Positions 17,790 through 27,887 of a DNA stretch of 64,000 bases are shown piece after piece. The notes below the pieces were generated by a model, which was given only the letters and a program-made list of their open reading frames with translations, did not search any database and was not told the DNA's origin. Both the position numbers and the translations under genes were made by a program. Every line of letters begins with the position of its first letter. Positions within the stretch are counted from its first letter, which is position 1. This stretch comes from a virus (taxonomy: Duplodnaviria > Caudoviricetes). The DNA is taken from positions 32,001 to 96,000 of the IMG/VR virus record IMGVR_UViG_3300037067_019204; one strand, given 5' to 3'.

Positions 17790-18224
17790 TTAGTAAGTTG
17801 TAGGTGCTGGACTAAAACTTCCTGCTTGCCACAAAGCTTCTGTTTCACCTTGTTTTTGTGCAATAGCAGCGTTGACTCTTCCTATGTAACTATTGTCCTC
17901 ACCTTTCCCACCACCAGTAACATTTATTTGAGGATTCTGAAGATCTGCTAATAAAGAATTAAGTTCTTCAATATTTAATTGATTAGGATCTTCTTGAAAT
18001 CTTCCAATTAAATTTTGAGATGGTGCCATTGTTACAGCAGGAAGCTGCGCTTCTTTTTTAATTTCAAAAGAAACAACACCATCTTCTTTTGTAAGAGAAA
18101 TAGATGCTGTCTTGACATTATTAATTTTGTTTTCTTCTGCTATCTTTTTAAGAATACTTTCAATTTGATCAAACTCAGATGATCCTTTTTCAATTACTAT
18201 TGTACTGCTATTAATTTTCATCAT
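17790..18224 (-). CDS. head-associated hypothetical protein
   Basis: ORF with RBS; KIAE/KTAS/KEAQ motifs. Confidence 0.6.
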   Translation of the reverse strand: MMKINSSTIVIEKGSSEFDQIESILKKIAEENKINNVKTASISLTKEDGVVSFEIKKEAQLPAVTMAPSQNLIGRFQEDPNQLNIEELNSLLADLQNPQINVTGGGKGEDNSYIGRVNAAIAQKQGETEALWQAGSFSPAPTTY

Positions 18225-18241
18225 TTAATCCTCACTTTTAA

Positions 18242-18682
18242 TTATATTAACCCAAAATTACGATCAATACTTGATATTTCAGCATTAGGAACATTTTCTA
18301 AATATTCTTTTAATTGTTGATATGCTGTATCTCTATCTAATTCATCGTTACCAGTATCATCAACAAAAACTTTAATTAAAACAACAGCATCATAACGTTT
18401 TTCTGCTGCTGATCTCTTAATAAGATCATCAATATTATTTGAATTTTTGAATTTTAACATAGTTTCACTTCCCAGCTCATTTTCTCTAGGATAATCAACA
18501 ATTGTTTCTTCTTCTTCTGATATTGGTTGCTGCCCTCTAATATTTTCATTTATTAAATACCAAATATCAACAGCATCATAAACTTCAATATCAAAACCCT
18601 CTTTTTCTGCCCTACTCATGCTTTCGTAGAAACTGTTTTGTTGCTCTGGGGTTAGAGTATCCCAATATTGTTCTTTTGTCAT
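18242..18682 (-). CDS. head-associated hypothetical protein
   Basis: ORF with RBS; IDDLIKRSA motif. Confidence 0.6.
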   Translation of the reverse strand: MTKEQYWDTLTPEQQNSFYESMSRAEKEGFDIEVYDAVDIWYLINENIRGQQPISEEEETIVDYPRENELGSETMLKFKNSNNIDDLIKRSAAEKRYDAVVLIKVFVDDTGNDELDRDTAYQQLKEYLENVPNAEISSIDRNFGLI

Positions 18683-18717
18683 ATTTTCCCCTCTTTTTTT
18701 AAAAGAATAAAATTATT

Positions 18718-18739
18718 ACGATTTTGGACCCATAAACGT
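18718..18739. repeat. 22-bp dispersed palindrome copy 2
   Basis: ACGATTTTGGACCCATAAACGT, intergenic. Confidence 0.7.
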
Positions 18740-18808
18740 ATTAATTTTACAATAAAAAACACAATATACAAAAAAATATATGATTTTTCTTAAAAATCTT
18801 AAGCAAAG

Positions 18809-19219
18809 TCATATAACTTTTCGAACTTCTAATAATTCCTTAATATAATTAATAAAAATATCTTTTGATTCATCATCAATATCATTTTGATTCAAAAATG
18901 GAGCATGTTCATTTAAAAGAATAGCAAAAGCAGCATTAACAATCTTATCTTGCTTTTCTTTTGGTAAAATTTTTTCAAGAGAATCTGCTATTTCTTCTTC
19001 TTCGGAATCTAATCCATCTGGATATGCTTCATAATATAATTTTTCAGCATCATTGTTTGAAATATGAAATTTATCAATAATTATCTCTTTAATTTGATCT
19101 TTGTCTAACCCTTCTTGCTGACGAATCCAAACAATAATTTCAATTCGTTTTTGGTTGGGGAAGCGTTGATAAGAAAGACCAATTGCTGGACTATTTATTA
19201 TTGACGGGTTAGATTGCAT
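18809..19219 (-). CDS. hypothetical protein
   Basis: ORF 18809..19339; the upstream part overlaps the previous gene, likelier start ATG 19219. Confidence 0.55.
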   Translation of the reverse strand: MQSNPSIINSPAIGLSYQRFPNQKRIEIIVWIRQQEGLDKDQIKEIIIDKFHISNNDAEKLYYEAYPDGLDSEEEEIADSLEKILPKEKQDKIVNAAFAILLNEHAPFLNQNDIDDESKDIFINYIKELLEVRKVI

Positions 19220-19259
19220 TATATATGCAAGCTTTCGTTTTATAAGCTGTCGATACAAT

Positions 19260-19859
19260 TTATTTTTCTTCTTCTTTTGATTCTTCTTCTGGTTCTTTTT
19301 CATCTTCAGATGGTTTTTCGTCCTCAGATGATTTCTCATCTTTGCCTACTTCTTTCTTTCCTTCTTCCAATTCAGTTACTTGTTCTTTATCAATTTCAAG
19401 AAGAAGAGCTTGAAGTTCACCAACATGTGTTTTCTCTTCCTTGGATATATCTAATAGTATCTCTTTTATTCTATCACTACTTGTGACTTCTGACATTTGT
19501 TCATATAAATTAATTGCATCAAGTTCAGCAATAATAGCAAGTCTTAATATTTCTGAATCTTCTAAATTACTATCATTATCTTTTGTATCAACTGGATTTT
19601 TTGCTCTTTCTTTGGGAGTAGGTAGATCTTCTGCAATTTTAATAAGATCGTCAATAGATCCTATCTTTCTAAATTCAACAGATACTCCAGAATGTGCATG
19701 CATATCTTGAAGATGTTTTCGGGCCTTTGATTCGGAAGAATGAGAAGATAATATTTTACCCGTTTCATGACTTACAATTACATAAGGAGCTGATTCTCCT
19801 TTGCTATTCTTATGTCCCGGCATATGTTTTACAAAAGATTCTTTTATTCTAGTTTCCAT
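19260..19859 (-). CDS. ferritin-like (rubrerythrin/encapsulated ferritin-type) domain protein
   Basis: ILRLAIIAELDAINLYEQM...ILLDISKEEKTHVGEL..LL di-iron helix pair with ExxH. Confidence 0.8.
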   Translation of the reverse strand: METRIKESFVKHMPGHKNSKGESAPYVIVSHETGKILSSHSSESKARKHLQDMHAHSGVSVEFRKIGSIDDLIKIAEDLPTPKERAKNPVDTKDNDSNLEDSEILRLAIIAELDAINLYEQMSEVTSSDRIKEILLDISKEEKTHVGELQALLLEIDKEQVTELEEGKKEVGKDEKSSEDEKPSEDEKEPEEESKEEEK

Positions 19860-19871
19860 AATTAACCTCTT

Positions 19872-20186
19872 TTAAAGAACTGCAGAATATTTATAATTAA
19901 TATAATCAGCTAAATCTTTCGGTGTTTTGCTAGGATGGAACTCTTTTAGTTGTCTGGTTATTAAAGTATGAAGATAATTAATTATTTCAAGTAATTTAGG
20001 CAAATCATCATTACTACTATTTTGTAGATACAATCTATCATATTCCTTTTCTGCGGATTGACTTTGTTCTATAAGATAATTAAGTTCTTGATCTTCTTCT
20101 AACTCATAAAAATCTATATCTGATTTTTTTATAAGTTCATCCACATCTGAAACTTTACTAAAATCCATAAAATTACTCTTTTTCAA
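19872..20186 (-). CDS. hypothetical protein
   Basis: ORF; VDELIKKSD motif. Confidence 0.55.
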   Translation of the reverse strand: MKKSNFMDFSKVSDVDELIKKSDIDFYELEEDQELNYLIEQSQSAEKEYDRLYLQNSSNDDLPKLLEIINYLHTLITRQLKEFHPSKTPKDLADYINYKYSAVL

Positions 20187-21117
20187 ATTTGATTGTCATA
20201 AAATCTTTATTCACTTCAATTTCTATAGATTTAGTATTATCAATAGAATTATCTGTTGCAATTTTTCTTAAAACTTGTTCCACATCAAAGTAATTATCAT
20301 TACTTAATTTCATAACGTTTTTTCCTAAAATAATATTTTGAAAATAATTGTACCCATAACAAACATCCCCAGCATAAGCATAAACAGCAACATCTACTGT
20401 TCCATCAGAATATCTACCGTTACAATACTCCCACTTGCTTCCTAATAATTCAAAAGGAACTTCATCTCCTCTTGATCCAACATATTCAACATACATGTCA
20501 TCCTTTTCAGATGCTTTTTTTCTTGATTCAGACAGTGGGCCTGATTTTTCAGGGCCATGCGCCTTTGTTGGCTTATCTAAATATTGTTTTGGAATTTTAT
20601 CTAAAATGGTTCTCATTATATATTCTTTACTTTTTCCTTGTTCTTTTCCAGATTGTTCTATTGCTTTTATTTTATCTATAACACTTTGGGGTGCACCTTT
20701 AGATTTTAATCTTTTTACCCATTGGGTTACAGAAAGACCTGCTTGTTTTTCCATCACATTACCCCTGTTTTCATTATGAAATATTTTTTTATTGTCAATA
20801 GGTTGAAATTGTGTTTTTTCGTTTGGTTCTTGTTCCTCTTCTGTATAAAAAGGATCATATGGTTCAGAACCTGATTCATAACTTTCTCTTAATAAATCAA
20901 TATAGCGGAAGTATCGTCCGGGGGTATGGTATTTAGAACCAAAAGCATTTCCCATCATTTTAAACTCATCTAATCCTAATACAAAAGGATTTGTACCTTC
21001 ATTAATTAAATGATCATAAAAATTAATTTCTTCTTTCCAGTTTGGTCTGTTCCCAAACACACTTTCAAGAAGCTCTTCTGTTATAGTAAAATATTGAGAA
21101 TCTGCTTTTCTATGCAT
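20173..21117 (-). CDS. head-associated modular hypothetical protein
   Basis: coupled to the portal stop; short modules separated by RKA/KQA/KKA/KIA. Confidence 0.65.
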   Translation of the reverse strand: MHRKADSQYFTITEELLESVFGNRPNWKEEINFYDHLINEGTNPFVLGLDEFKMMGNAFGSKYHTPGRYFRYIDLLRESYESGSEPYDPFYTEEEQEPNEKTQFQPIDNKKIFHNENRGNVMEKQAGLSVTQWVKRLKSKGAPQSVIDKIKAIEQSGKEQGKSKEYIMRTILDKIPKQYLDKPTKAHGPEKSGPLSESRKKASEKDDMYVEYVGSRGDEVPFELLGSKWEYCNGRYSDGTVDVAVYAYAGDVCYGYNYFQNIILGKNVMKLSNDNYFDVEQVLRKIATDNSIDNTKSIEIEVNKDFMTIKFEKE

Positions 21118-24100
21118 TATAGTTCCTCAAATGAATCACGAATGCTTTTATCAAGAAAATGAGGATAATCTACCCACATTCTTACATTTCCTCTAAAAAT
21201 CTGCATTTGATCGGTTTCATTTGAGTTAATACATTTACCTTCTGAATCCCACATCTTACCTGTTCTTAATTTATAATCTAGATCTTGGTTTTTACTAGTT
21301 ATTTCACTAATTTTATAACCCCTTGGATTATCTATATCAGAAGATATAGGTTCAATATAGCTAAATATTTTATAAGTTTGTAATTCTTCAGCCGTTAAAT
21401 CACAATTAACTTGTTTAAAAGCTTTTTTAATAGATTTTTCTATATCACTATCTACAAGATTTATGTAACGAAGAAGACTTTCAGTTATAGAGTTATCTTC
21501 CATTCCAATCCAATTAGAAATATAAAGTTTTTTATTTTCCTCAAAAACAGGAACTTTACCACGTTTTTGTATCTTTTCATAATCTAAGGAATTTTTAACC
21601 AACATACTTTGTGATTCTTTTGGAGAAACATCAGCATATTTCTTTTTTAATCGTTCCATTTCGCTTGTTTCCCATTCTGGGAGATCTATAATATCTTTTA
21701 TAAAAACTATGTCTGAATATTTCTTTTTTAGTACTTTACCAAGTTTTGTTAAAAAACGAAAAACATGATCTGAATATTCTACAGGACAATTAGATACATT
21801 AATACCATTAACTGAATAATTAGAATAACGTTGAATATGAGGATCAACATTATTACCAAATTCCTCATCATCAAATCCTTCTATACAAGGATAGAAAATT
21901 GCTATCTCATCTTTAGGAGAAATAAGTGGATTTAAATTTCTACCTTTACTCAATAAATCGATTACACTATATTGAATACCATCATTTGAAATAACATTAC
22001 TCACTTTAACAGTATAAATACCCTGTTCTTGAAAACCTTTTAATTGACCGTAATCAAAACAAGTACTTCCTAAATTTCGTATATGTTTAAATATGGATTT
22101 TTTATCTAAATCTTGAATGGTTACAAAAGACTTCATCCAATCATCAAATTCTTTTGTAAGAATTAAATCTGAATAATCTGTTATATTATCATTAGATGCA
22201 AAGTATTCTCTATAAACAGGATAGAAATTAGTTGTATTGTAAGAAAATAATTTTCCTTGTTTATATAAATCATTAAGAAGTTTATTTAAATTATCTGATT
22301 CTTCATTTATGCCAGCTACAAAATTACCATTATATTTTTTATCAATAGCACTTAATTTATTATTAAGATTGATAAGGGTTAATCTAACCTCAGAAGGTAT
22401 AAAAGATGATTCAATATTTTTAAACCATGTATTATCATCTACAGGATTAATCATTTTTGAAACTGAATTATAATATTCATTTTCATTAGGATATAAATCT
22501 TCTGGTTTTATTTTTTGTGCCTGATGTGCAGGATCAAGTTCTTCAGCACCTGCTTTAACAAATTCTTGTGCTTCTGGATTATCTATAGTTGTTTCTTCTT
22601 TTTTAACTTCTTGTGGTATTTCTGCATTTTTACCAAACTTAAATTTGTCTTTTATCTTTGCAGTAATACCAGCGGCTCCACTGGAGGGGGCAGGACCCGG
22701 AGAAGATAAAACTGGATGAATATATTCACCTATTTTTTGTTCTAACTCTTTTCCTTTTCTTTTATTCTCTAACTCTTCTTCCAAACTCATTCCACAAAAC
22801 TGAAGTAAAGAAATAGCAGAAATTGGTCCTTTTCCTTGTGCATAAACATTATTCATAAAAGCAATAAAAGCTTGATCATCCCTCATCATAAATTTTTTAT
22901 GCCAAACTATCTTTGGCATAATTAATCGTTCTTCTTGTTCTTTTCCAGTTCTTTTTACTCTAAACTGACCAACTAATTCTCTCTTATCTCTTTTATACCA
23001 TTCATTGCGCTCTGCCATAACTCTAAAGAATTTATCTCTTAAAAAGATAGATTCATAAAGATCACGTTTAAACTTATATCGAGCTAATTGCATTTGAAGA
23101 GCAACATTAGCTGAATTGTATGTACCAATATTATTAACTAGGTAGCTATGTGTATCTTCAATAGTTAAATTATATACTTTTTCTGTATTTTCTATTTTAG
23201 TAATAGACTTTACCATTATATATACATAATTGTCATCTACCCACGCTTTTTGCCCTAGAAATTTTTTTGTATCATCAAATACTAGTTTTGAATCCTTTCC
23301 CCAAATTATTTTTGCCAAATCAAAAGCAAATTTTCCATGTATATTAAAACGATATAATGTTTTTCTACCTCTTTTTGAACAATCTTGTATTGTCCAATTA
23401 ACAGGAAAACCTAATTGAGCCAAAATAAGTTCTAATTGATATGCTAAAACTTCAGATGTTGTTGTATAATGAACAGCAAACTGTGAGTGCGGATTTTTAT
23501 TATTTATTCTTTGACAACCATCACCCCTAAACATTCCTTTAATAAGTTCTTGTTTAAGATCAAGAGGCCAAGACATAACTTCTTCTGATAATTGTTTTTT
23601 ATTAGAATATTCTCCTGCATTCTTTTTAAACCATAAAACAATATCTTTAAATTCATTTCTATTAGCTGAACGTAAACGTAATGAATTTGTTTTTTCTTCA
23701 ATTTGTATTATAGGAAGTCCAATTTTATCACATAAATATACTGCTTCTTTTACCAATGTATCTCTTTCTTTAATACCAAAAGTTAAATTTATTCCTGTAA
23801 TTTCTTTTGTAGTATGATGTTTCGAAAAATTACCTTCTGCAACAAAATACCCCAAAAGCAATGCTTGCTCTTTAGTAACTTCTGTTTTAATTTCATTAAA
23901 TTTCCTTGGAATCATTAAATAATCCCAAGGTTTAATTCTGTCTGCAGGTAATCTTAATAAAGGATCATAACCAATAGGAGCACCTTTAGGTTCTTTTGTT
24001 CTTATTGTTGATCTACCACATTCTAGTTTTTGTAATTTTATATCTTTACAATGTTTTGTTGGATGAGCAAAAGATCTTCCTGACTCAATAGGTTTACCAC

Positions 24101-25475
24101 AACCACAAGCACATTCTCTGGGCCATGTCCAAACAGGCCATTGATGGTTTGGAGTACAAATAAACTCTTTTCCACCCCATAATTTTATTTTTAATAAGCT
24201 GTGTGGTTTTCCACTACTCCAATTATCTATAACTTTTTGTGACTTACCATTTTTATCTATAACAATATCATTTTTTTCTAAATCTTCTATTTTTTTATAA
24301 CCAACGGGGGTTGTTACTTTTGTTCCTTTAGAGAAACATGCATAACCCTGCTCCCCTGTCAAAAAACCTTTCCCCACCCCAAGTGCAACCATTTTTCTCT
24401 CATCAATAATTGAAAACTCTTTATCAAGTTTCATTACTTTATCTGCAACAGTAACTGTTTCAACATTTAACCCATAGTGATAAATCAAACTGAAGTTTGG
24501 ATCAAATGTTGCTTGTTGAAGCATTTGAGCCAATGCACGTTGATGTGTTTCATTAGGAATCCAACCTTTTTGTGGATCACCAAGTTTAAAAATTCTTAAT
24601 GGATATACGAAATTATCGGCAATTGTTATTTGACTTTCCCTCAGTTTATCCTCATACATTAAAGTCCTAAACAATCTCTGAATAATACTTGTTCCACGTA
24701 CATCAGTAGGATTACTTCTACGGGCAATATGTACAACTTCATCAGGATTAAGACTAATATTCTTACCAGTTAAAACACGTCTAAATATATGATCAGGTAA
24801 TCTGCTTTTTAATTGTTGGTCTTCTGGTTTTGTAGAATGAACAAGTTTTTTTAATTCATCATCTGGAACCAATTCAATTGAACATTCTTGGTCTGCAAAA
24901 GGTGTAAATCGTACTTCTACAAAATCAGGATTATGAATAACAATGTGATTCCACATTCCTAAATTACTATCCCAGTTAAGGTTAACAATAACTTCACCTA
25001 TTTTTAAAAACTCCAAATCTATTTGGGATAGTCTTGTAAATAAATGTGTTCTATCAATACAATCATGTATTTGTCTACGAATATAAGGATCATCAACAAA
25101 AAATTCTGCTTTTGAGTGAGCTAATTCAACATGCGCATCAAGGACAGCACCAATAAGCTCATCATGATCATAAAACCAACGACACCATCTATTTTTTTGT
25201 TTTGTTGTTCGTGGGAGGTATATTGCTGTGGTAGTTATTTCAGGATCATAAAATCTTCGGGATGGATTTCTAAGTATACTATTACTAGCACCTGTTTGTG
25301 ATATTTGTTGCATTAAAGCATTTCCGGTTAATCCTAATGAATTAATCCCGGATACACCTGTAAAAGTAGCACCTTTTCTATCTAAAAACTCAGGATTTGC
25401 CTCAAATGAAACAGATCGAGGAAGCACATCATAAAAATTACTTCCCGGTGAAGCAGGGCTGAAAATATCATCCAT
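21117..25475 (-). CDS. portal protein with intein and long C-terminal extension
   Basis: WCRWFY...IGAVLD, EFLKIGEV, HIAR..P.DVRGTSII.RLFR.L, LGVGKGFL.GE.GYA/SANVAL; position at the start of the head module. Confidence 0.75.
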   Translation of the reverse strand: MDDIFSPASPGSNFYDVLPRSVSFEANPEFLDRKGATFTGVSGINSLGLTGNALMQQISQTGASNSILRNPSRRFYDPEITTTAIYLPRTTKQKNRWCRWFYDHDELIGAVLDAHVELAHSKAEFFVDDPYIRRQIHDCIDRTHLFTRLSQIDLEFLKIGEVIVNLNWDSNLGMWNHIVIHNPDFVEVRFTPFADQECSIELVPDDELKKLVHSTKPEDQQLKSRLPDHIFRRVLTGKNISLNPDEVVHIARRSNPTDVRGTSIIQRLFRTLMYEDKLRESQITIADNFVYPLRIFKLGDPQKGWIPNETHQRALAQMLQQATFDPNFSLIYHYGLNVETVTVADKVMKLDKEFSIIDERKMVALGVGKGFLTGEQGYACFSKGTKVTTPVGYKKIEDLEKNDIVIDKNGKSQKVIDNWSSGKPHSLLKIKLWGGKEFICTPNHQWPVWTWPRECACGCGKPIESGRSFAHPTKHCKDIKLQKLECGRSTIRTKEPKGAPIGYDPLLRLPADRIKPWDYLMIPRKFNEIKTEVTKEQALLLGYFVAEGNFSKHHTTKEITGINLTFGIKERDTLVKEAVYLCDKIGLPIIQIEEKTNSLRLRSANRNEFKDIVLWFKKNAGEYSNKKQLSEEVMSWPLDLKQELIKGMFRGDGCQRINNKNPHSQFAVHYTTTSEVLAYQLELILAQLGFPVNWTIQDCSKRGRKTLYRFNIHGKFAFDLAKIIWGKDSKLVFDDTKKFLGQKAWVDDNYVYIMVKSITKIENTEKVYNLTIEDTHSYLVNNIGTYNSANVALQMQLARYKFKRDLYESIFLRDKFFRVMAERNEWYKRDKRELVGQFRVKRTGKEQEERLIMPKIVWHKKFMMRDDQAFIAFMNNVYAQGKGPISAISLLQFCGMSLEEELENKRKGKELEQKIGEYIHPVLSSPGPAPSSGAAGITAKIKDKFKFGKNAEIPQEVKKEETTIDNPEAQEFVKAGAEELDPAHQAQKIKPEDLYPNENEYYNSVSKMINPVDDNTWFKNIESSFIPSEVRLTLINLNNKLSAIDKKYNGNFVAGINEESDNLNKLLNDLYKQGKLFSYNTTNFYPVYREYFASNDNITDYSDLILTKEFDDWMKSFVTIQDLDKKSIFKHIRNLGSTCFDYGQLKGFQEQGIYTVKVSNVISNDGIQYSVIDLLSKGRNLNPLISPKDEIAIFYPCIEGFDDEEFGNNVDPHIQRYSNYSVNGINVSNCPVEYSDHVFRFLTKLGKVLKKKYSDIVFIKDIIDLPEWETSEMERLKKKYADVSPKESQSMLVKNSLDYEKIQKRGKVPVFEENKKLYISNWIGMEDNSITESLLRYINLVDSDIEKSIKKAFKQVNCDLTAEELQTYKIFSYIEPISSDIDNPRGYKISEITSKNQDLDYKLRTGKMWDSEGKCINSNETDQMQIFRGNVRMWVDYPHFLDKSIRDSFEEL
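23115..24338 (-). mobile_element. intein (408 aa) with LAGLIDADG homing endonuclease
   Basis: N-terminal CFSKGTKV, block B CTPNHQW, LLGYFVAEG and LIKGMFRGDG, C-terminal VYNLTIEDTHSYLVNNIGTYN followed by Ser+1. Confidence 0.93.
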
Positions 25476-25493
25476 TTAATTAATAAACCTCTA

Positions 25494-26642
25494 TTATACT
25501 TTATGTAACACTGTACCAAATTTGTCCAGCATTTTTTTTGTACCAGATAATGTTATTTCTATATCTGACCTTTGACCAGTAAAAGATAAGGAATCTTCCC
25601 CAACATCTCTTGAAAACAAAAGATATGTATAATATGACATATAAATAAGTGCATTTAAATTATCTAATACATCAAAGTTTATACCTGCAAAATTCTGTAA
25701 AGAAAGTACTTGTCCAAATTCATTTTTATTTGTTCCTACATACCCAGAAAATAAGTTTTGCCTATTTGAGCCACCTGTAGTTCCTAATGAACTTTTTAAT
25801 AAACTTATAAAATTACGACCTTGTGATAAATCATTAATAGCCACTTGAATTCTTGCTGCCCCACGTTCAGTTTTAACATAAAGTCCTTTAAATAAAGAAC
25901 TACCACTACCTTTTCCTTTTAAACTTTTAGATAAAGTTTTCATAGATGTTCCTTGCTCTCTTTGCTTACTACCAACATCTGTCATCCAACCACCTGACTC
26001 ACCTTTACCTAAAGGAGGTATTGAAGATTCATTATAATCAGGATTCCACCCCGATAATACTCTCGAATATATTTCTATCTTATTATCATATTCTGTTTTA
26101 AGAATAGACACTCTTTGTGAAGAAAGTCTCTGTTCTTGTCCATAATATTTAGTAACCTTATCAATAAAATCATTTCTTTGTTCTGGGGAAGCATTTTCCA
26201 TTGTGGCTGCTTCTTCTTTAATTCTTTGAGCCATAGTATAAACTCTATCATAAGCATAATCCACAACAGAAGAATCATCTATAGGAGCAGAGGTTTCGGT
26301 TATGTCCTCTAATACAGCAGCCTCTTCTTCTGTAAGAGGAGCACTCCCCTCTTCTAATTCAGGTTCCGTACTTAATTCTTCAGTAGGAGATTCTGTGATA
26401 GTTTCCTGTGGAGTAATCTGGTTCTGTTCTTCTTCAAGAATGGCAAATTTCTTTAAAAGTACAGAAATATTAGCACAAGTACCCTCTCTTGATCTTAAGA
26501 TAACAATTGGCTTAAGAGGATTTTCAGAAACACTAACATCTAACCCTATTTCTTCCCCTATTTCTGCAATTTTATATAAATCAGAAGCATCTTCTACTGT
26601 AATTATAGAATTATTTGTATCTACAGCAATATGTTCAAACAT
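25494..26642 (-). CDS. hypothetical protein
   Basis: 382 aa; N-terminal module paralogous to 26693..27064. Confidence 0.7.
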   Translation of the reverse strand: MFEHIAVDTNNSIITVEDASDLYKIAEIGEEIGLDVSVSENPLKPIVILRSREGTCANISVLLKKFAILEEEQNQITPQETITESPTEELSTEPELEEGSAPLTEEEAAVLEDITETSAPIDDSSVVDYAYDRVYTMAQRIKEEAATMENASPEQRNDFIDKVTKYYGQEQRLSSQRVSILKTEYDNKIEIYSRVLSGWNPDYNESSIPPLGKGESGGWMTDVGSKQREQGTSMKTLSKSLKGKGSGSSLFKGLYVKTERGAARIQVAINDLSQGRNFISLLKSSLGTTGGSNRQNLFSGYVGTNKNEFGQVLSLQNFAGINFDVLDNLNALIYMSYYTYLLFSRDVGEDSLSFTGQRSDIEITLSGTKKMLDKFGTVLHKV

Positions 26643-26664
26643 AATAAAAACCTCTTTTAAAATA

Positions 26665-26686
26665 ACGATTTCGGAGCCATAAACGT
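26665..26686. repeat. 22-bp dispersed palindrome copy 3
   Basis: ACGATTTCGGAGCCATAAACGT, intergenic. Confidence 0.8.
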
Positions 26687-26692
26687 TTTCTA

Positions 26693-27064
26693 TTACTGGA
26701 TAACGTTTTTGCTTTGTTGAATTTTTTCAAATCTTTCAAATTCTTCTGGAGTAAGAACATCTCTGGCAGTAAGACGAGATTGATTAGGCTGTGGTTTAAT
26801 TACAGGTTCAACATCACCAAGTTCTTCAAAACCTTCTGCTCCACCTTTTTCTTCACCAAAGTCATCATCTTCCATAATTGCAAATTTAACAATATCTTTT
26901 CCTTCTGCTGATTTAAAAGTTAGAAATGTATAACCAAGTTCATCTTCAATGATATAATTATCACCTATATATGAATCTATACCTGCTTTTGCTATTTTAT
27001 AAATATCATCCAACTTATCAACAACAATCAAACCACCGTCTTTACTTAATGCTTCAATACGCAT
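26693..27064 (-). CDS. hypothetical protein
   Basis: GAGGT RBS; DDIYKIAK...SAEG...KFAI module. Confidence 0.65.
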   Translation of the reverse strand: MRIEALSKDGGLIVVDKLDDIYKIAKAGIDSYIGDNYIIEDELGYTFLTFKSAEGKDIVKFAIMEDDDFGEEKGGAEGFEELGDVEPVIKPQPNQSRLTARDVLTPEEFERFEKIQQSKNVIQ

Positions 27065-27091
27065 AATAATACCTCTTTATTTAATTATCTA

Positions 27092-27427
27092 TTAAGATTT
27101 TAACATCTTATCTAAAATTTCAGCCTCTTTTATAAGCTGTATATTTTCAACATCTTGAGATAAATGCGCAAAAATATCATCTATTGGCTCAGATGTATCA
27201 ATTTTACTAATAGTTTTTGAATCAAAATCAAAAATATCATTTCCTATTTTTACTTTAACTAGATCATCTTTATCTACAGATATAATTTCTCCTAAAACGG
27301 AGGAACTCATAATATGAACCGTGTCAGAAACATCTTGTGTTGTGTCTAAAACAAATACAATATCACCTTTTTTCAAACTCCGTGAGGAAATATCTACTAT
27401 TTCTTTTTGTATATTACTATTTTTCAT
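27092..27427 (-). CDS. hypothetical protein (SH3/KOW-like)
   Basis: LKKGDIVFV...GEIISV...VKVK. Confidence 0.55.
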   Translation of the reverse strand: MKNSNIQKEIVDISSRSLKKGDIVFVLDTTQDVSDTVHIMSSSVLGEIISVDKDDLVKVKIGNDIFDFDSKTISKIDTSEPIDDIFAHLSQDVENIQLIKEAEILDKMLKS

Positions 27428-27451
27428 AAGAAATACCTCTAAAAAAGAATA

Positions 27452-27799
27452 CTATCCTTTAGTTTGTTCTGGTTTATTAAATACTGCCTTATCAGGATGT
27501 TTAGCATAAAAATCATCAGAAACATCTTGAGATATACGAAGTAAAACATCCACACTATAATCTCCTTCCCCATTTTTCTTAATCATGCATTTTTCAGCAA
27601 TTTTAATTTGATCACTAGGGTATTTTTCCTTAAATATAAAAGATGCAACAGTTTCAAAGGGATGATCAGTTAATAAACCAAACTTACCAATTCCCTTAGA
27701 GGATGTTCTTATATATCTTATAAGATTATTTTCAATAAGATCATTTTGATTTAATGTAACTAGACCTTTTTTGGAATTTATTTTAACAACACTAGACAT
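27452..27799 (-). CDS. hypothetical protein
   Basis: AAGGAG RBS, 115 aa. Confidence 0.6.
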   Translation of the reverse strand: MSSVVKINSKKGLVTLNQNDLIENNLIRYIRTSSKGIGKFGLLTDHPFETVASFIFKEKYPSDQIKIAEKCMIKKNGEGDYSVDVLLRISQDVSDDFYAKHPDKAVFNKPEQTKG

Positions 27800-27887
27800 A
27801 AATAGCTCCTTAAGAGTAAATTATAAAATAAATGATATATACTTTTAAAGGTTTTTTAAGTAAATTTGATATAAAATTTAATAAGTT

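Noticed and set aside
10145-27509. Numerous plus-strand and alternate-frame ORFs over head genes (e.g. 12592..13137, 12992..13366, 26302..26682)
   Set aside because: Antisense shadows of low-complexity coding sequence (F/S-rich), with no RBS
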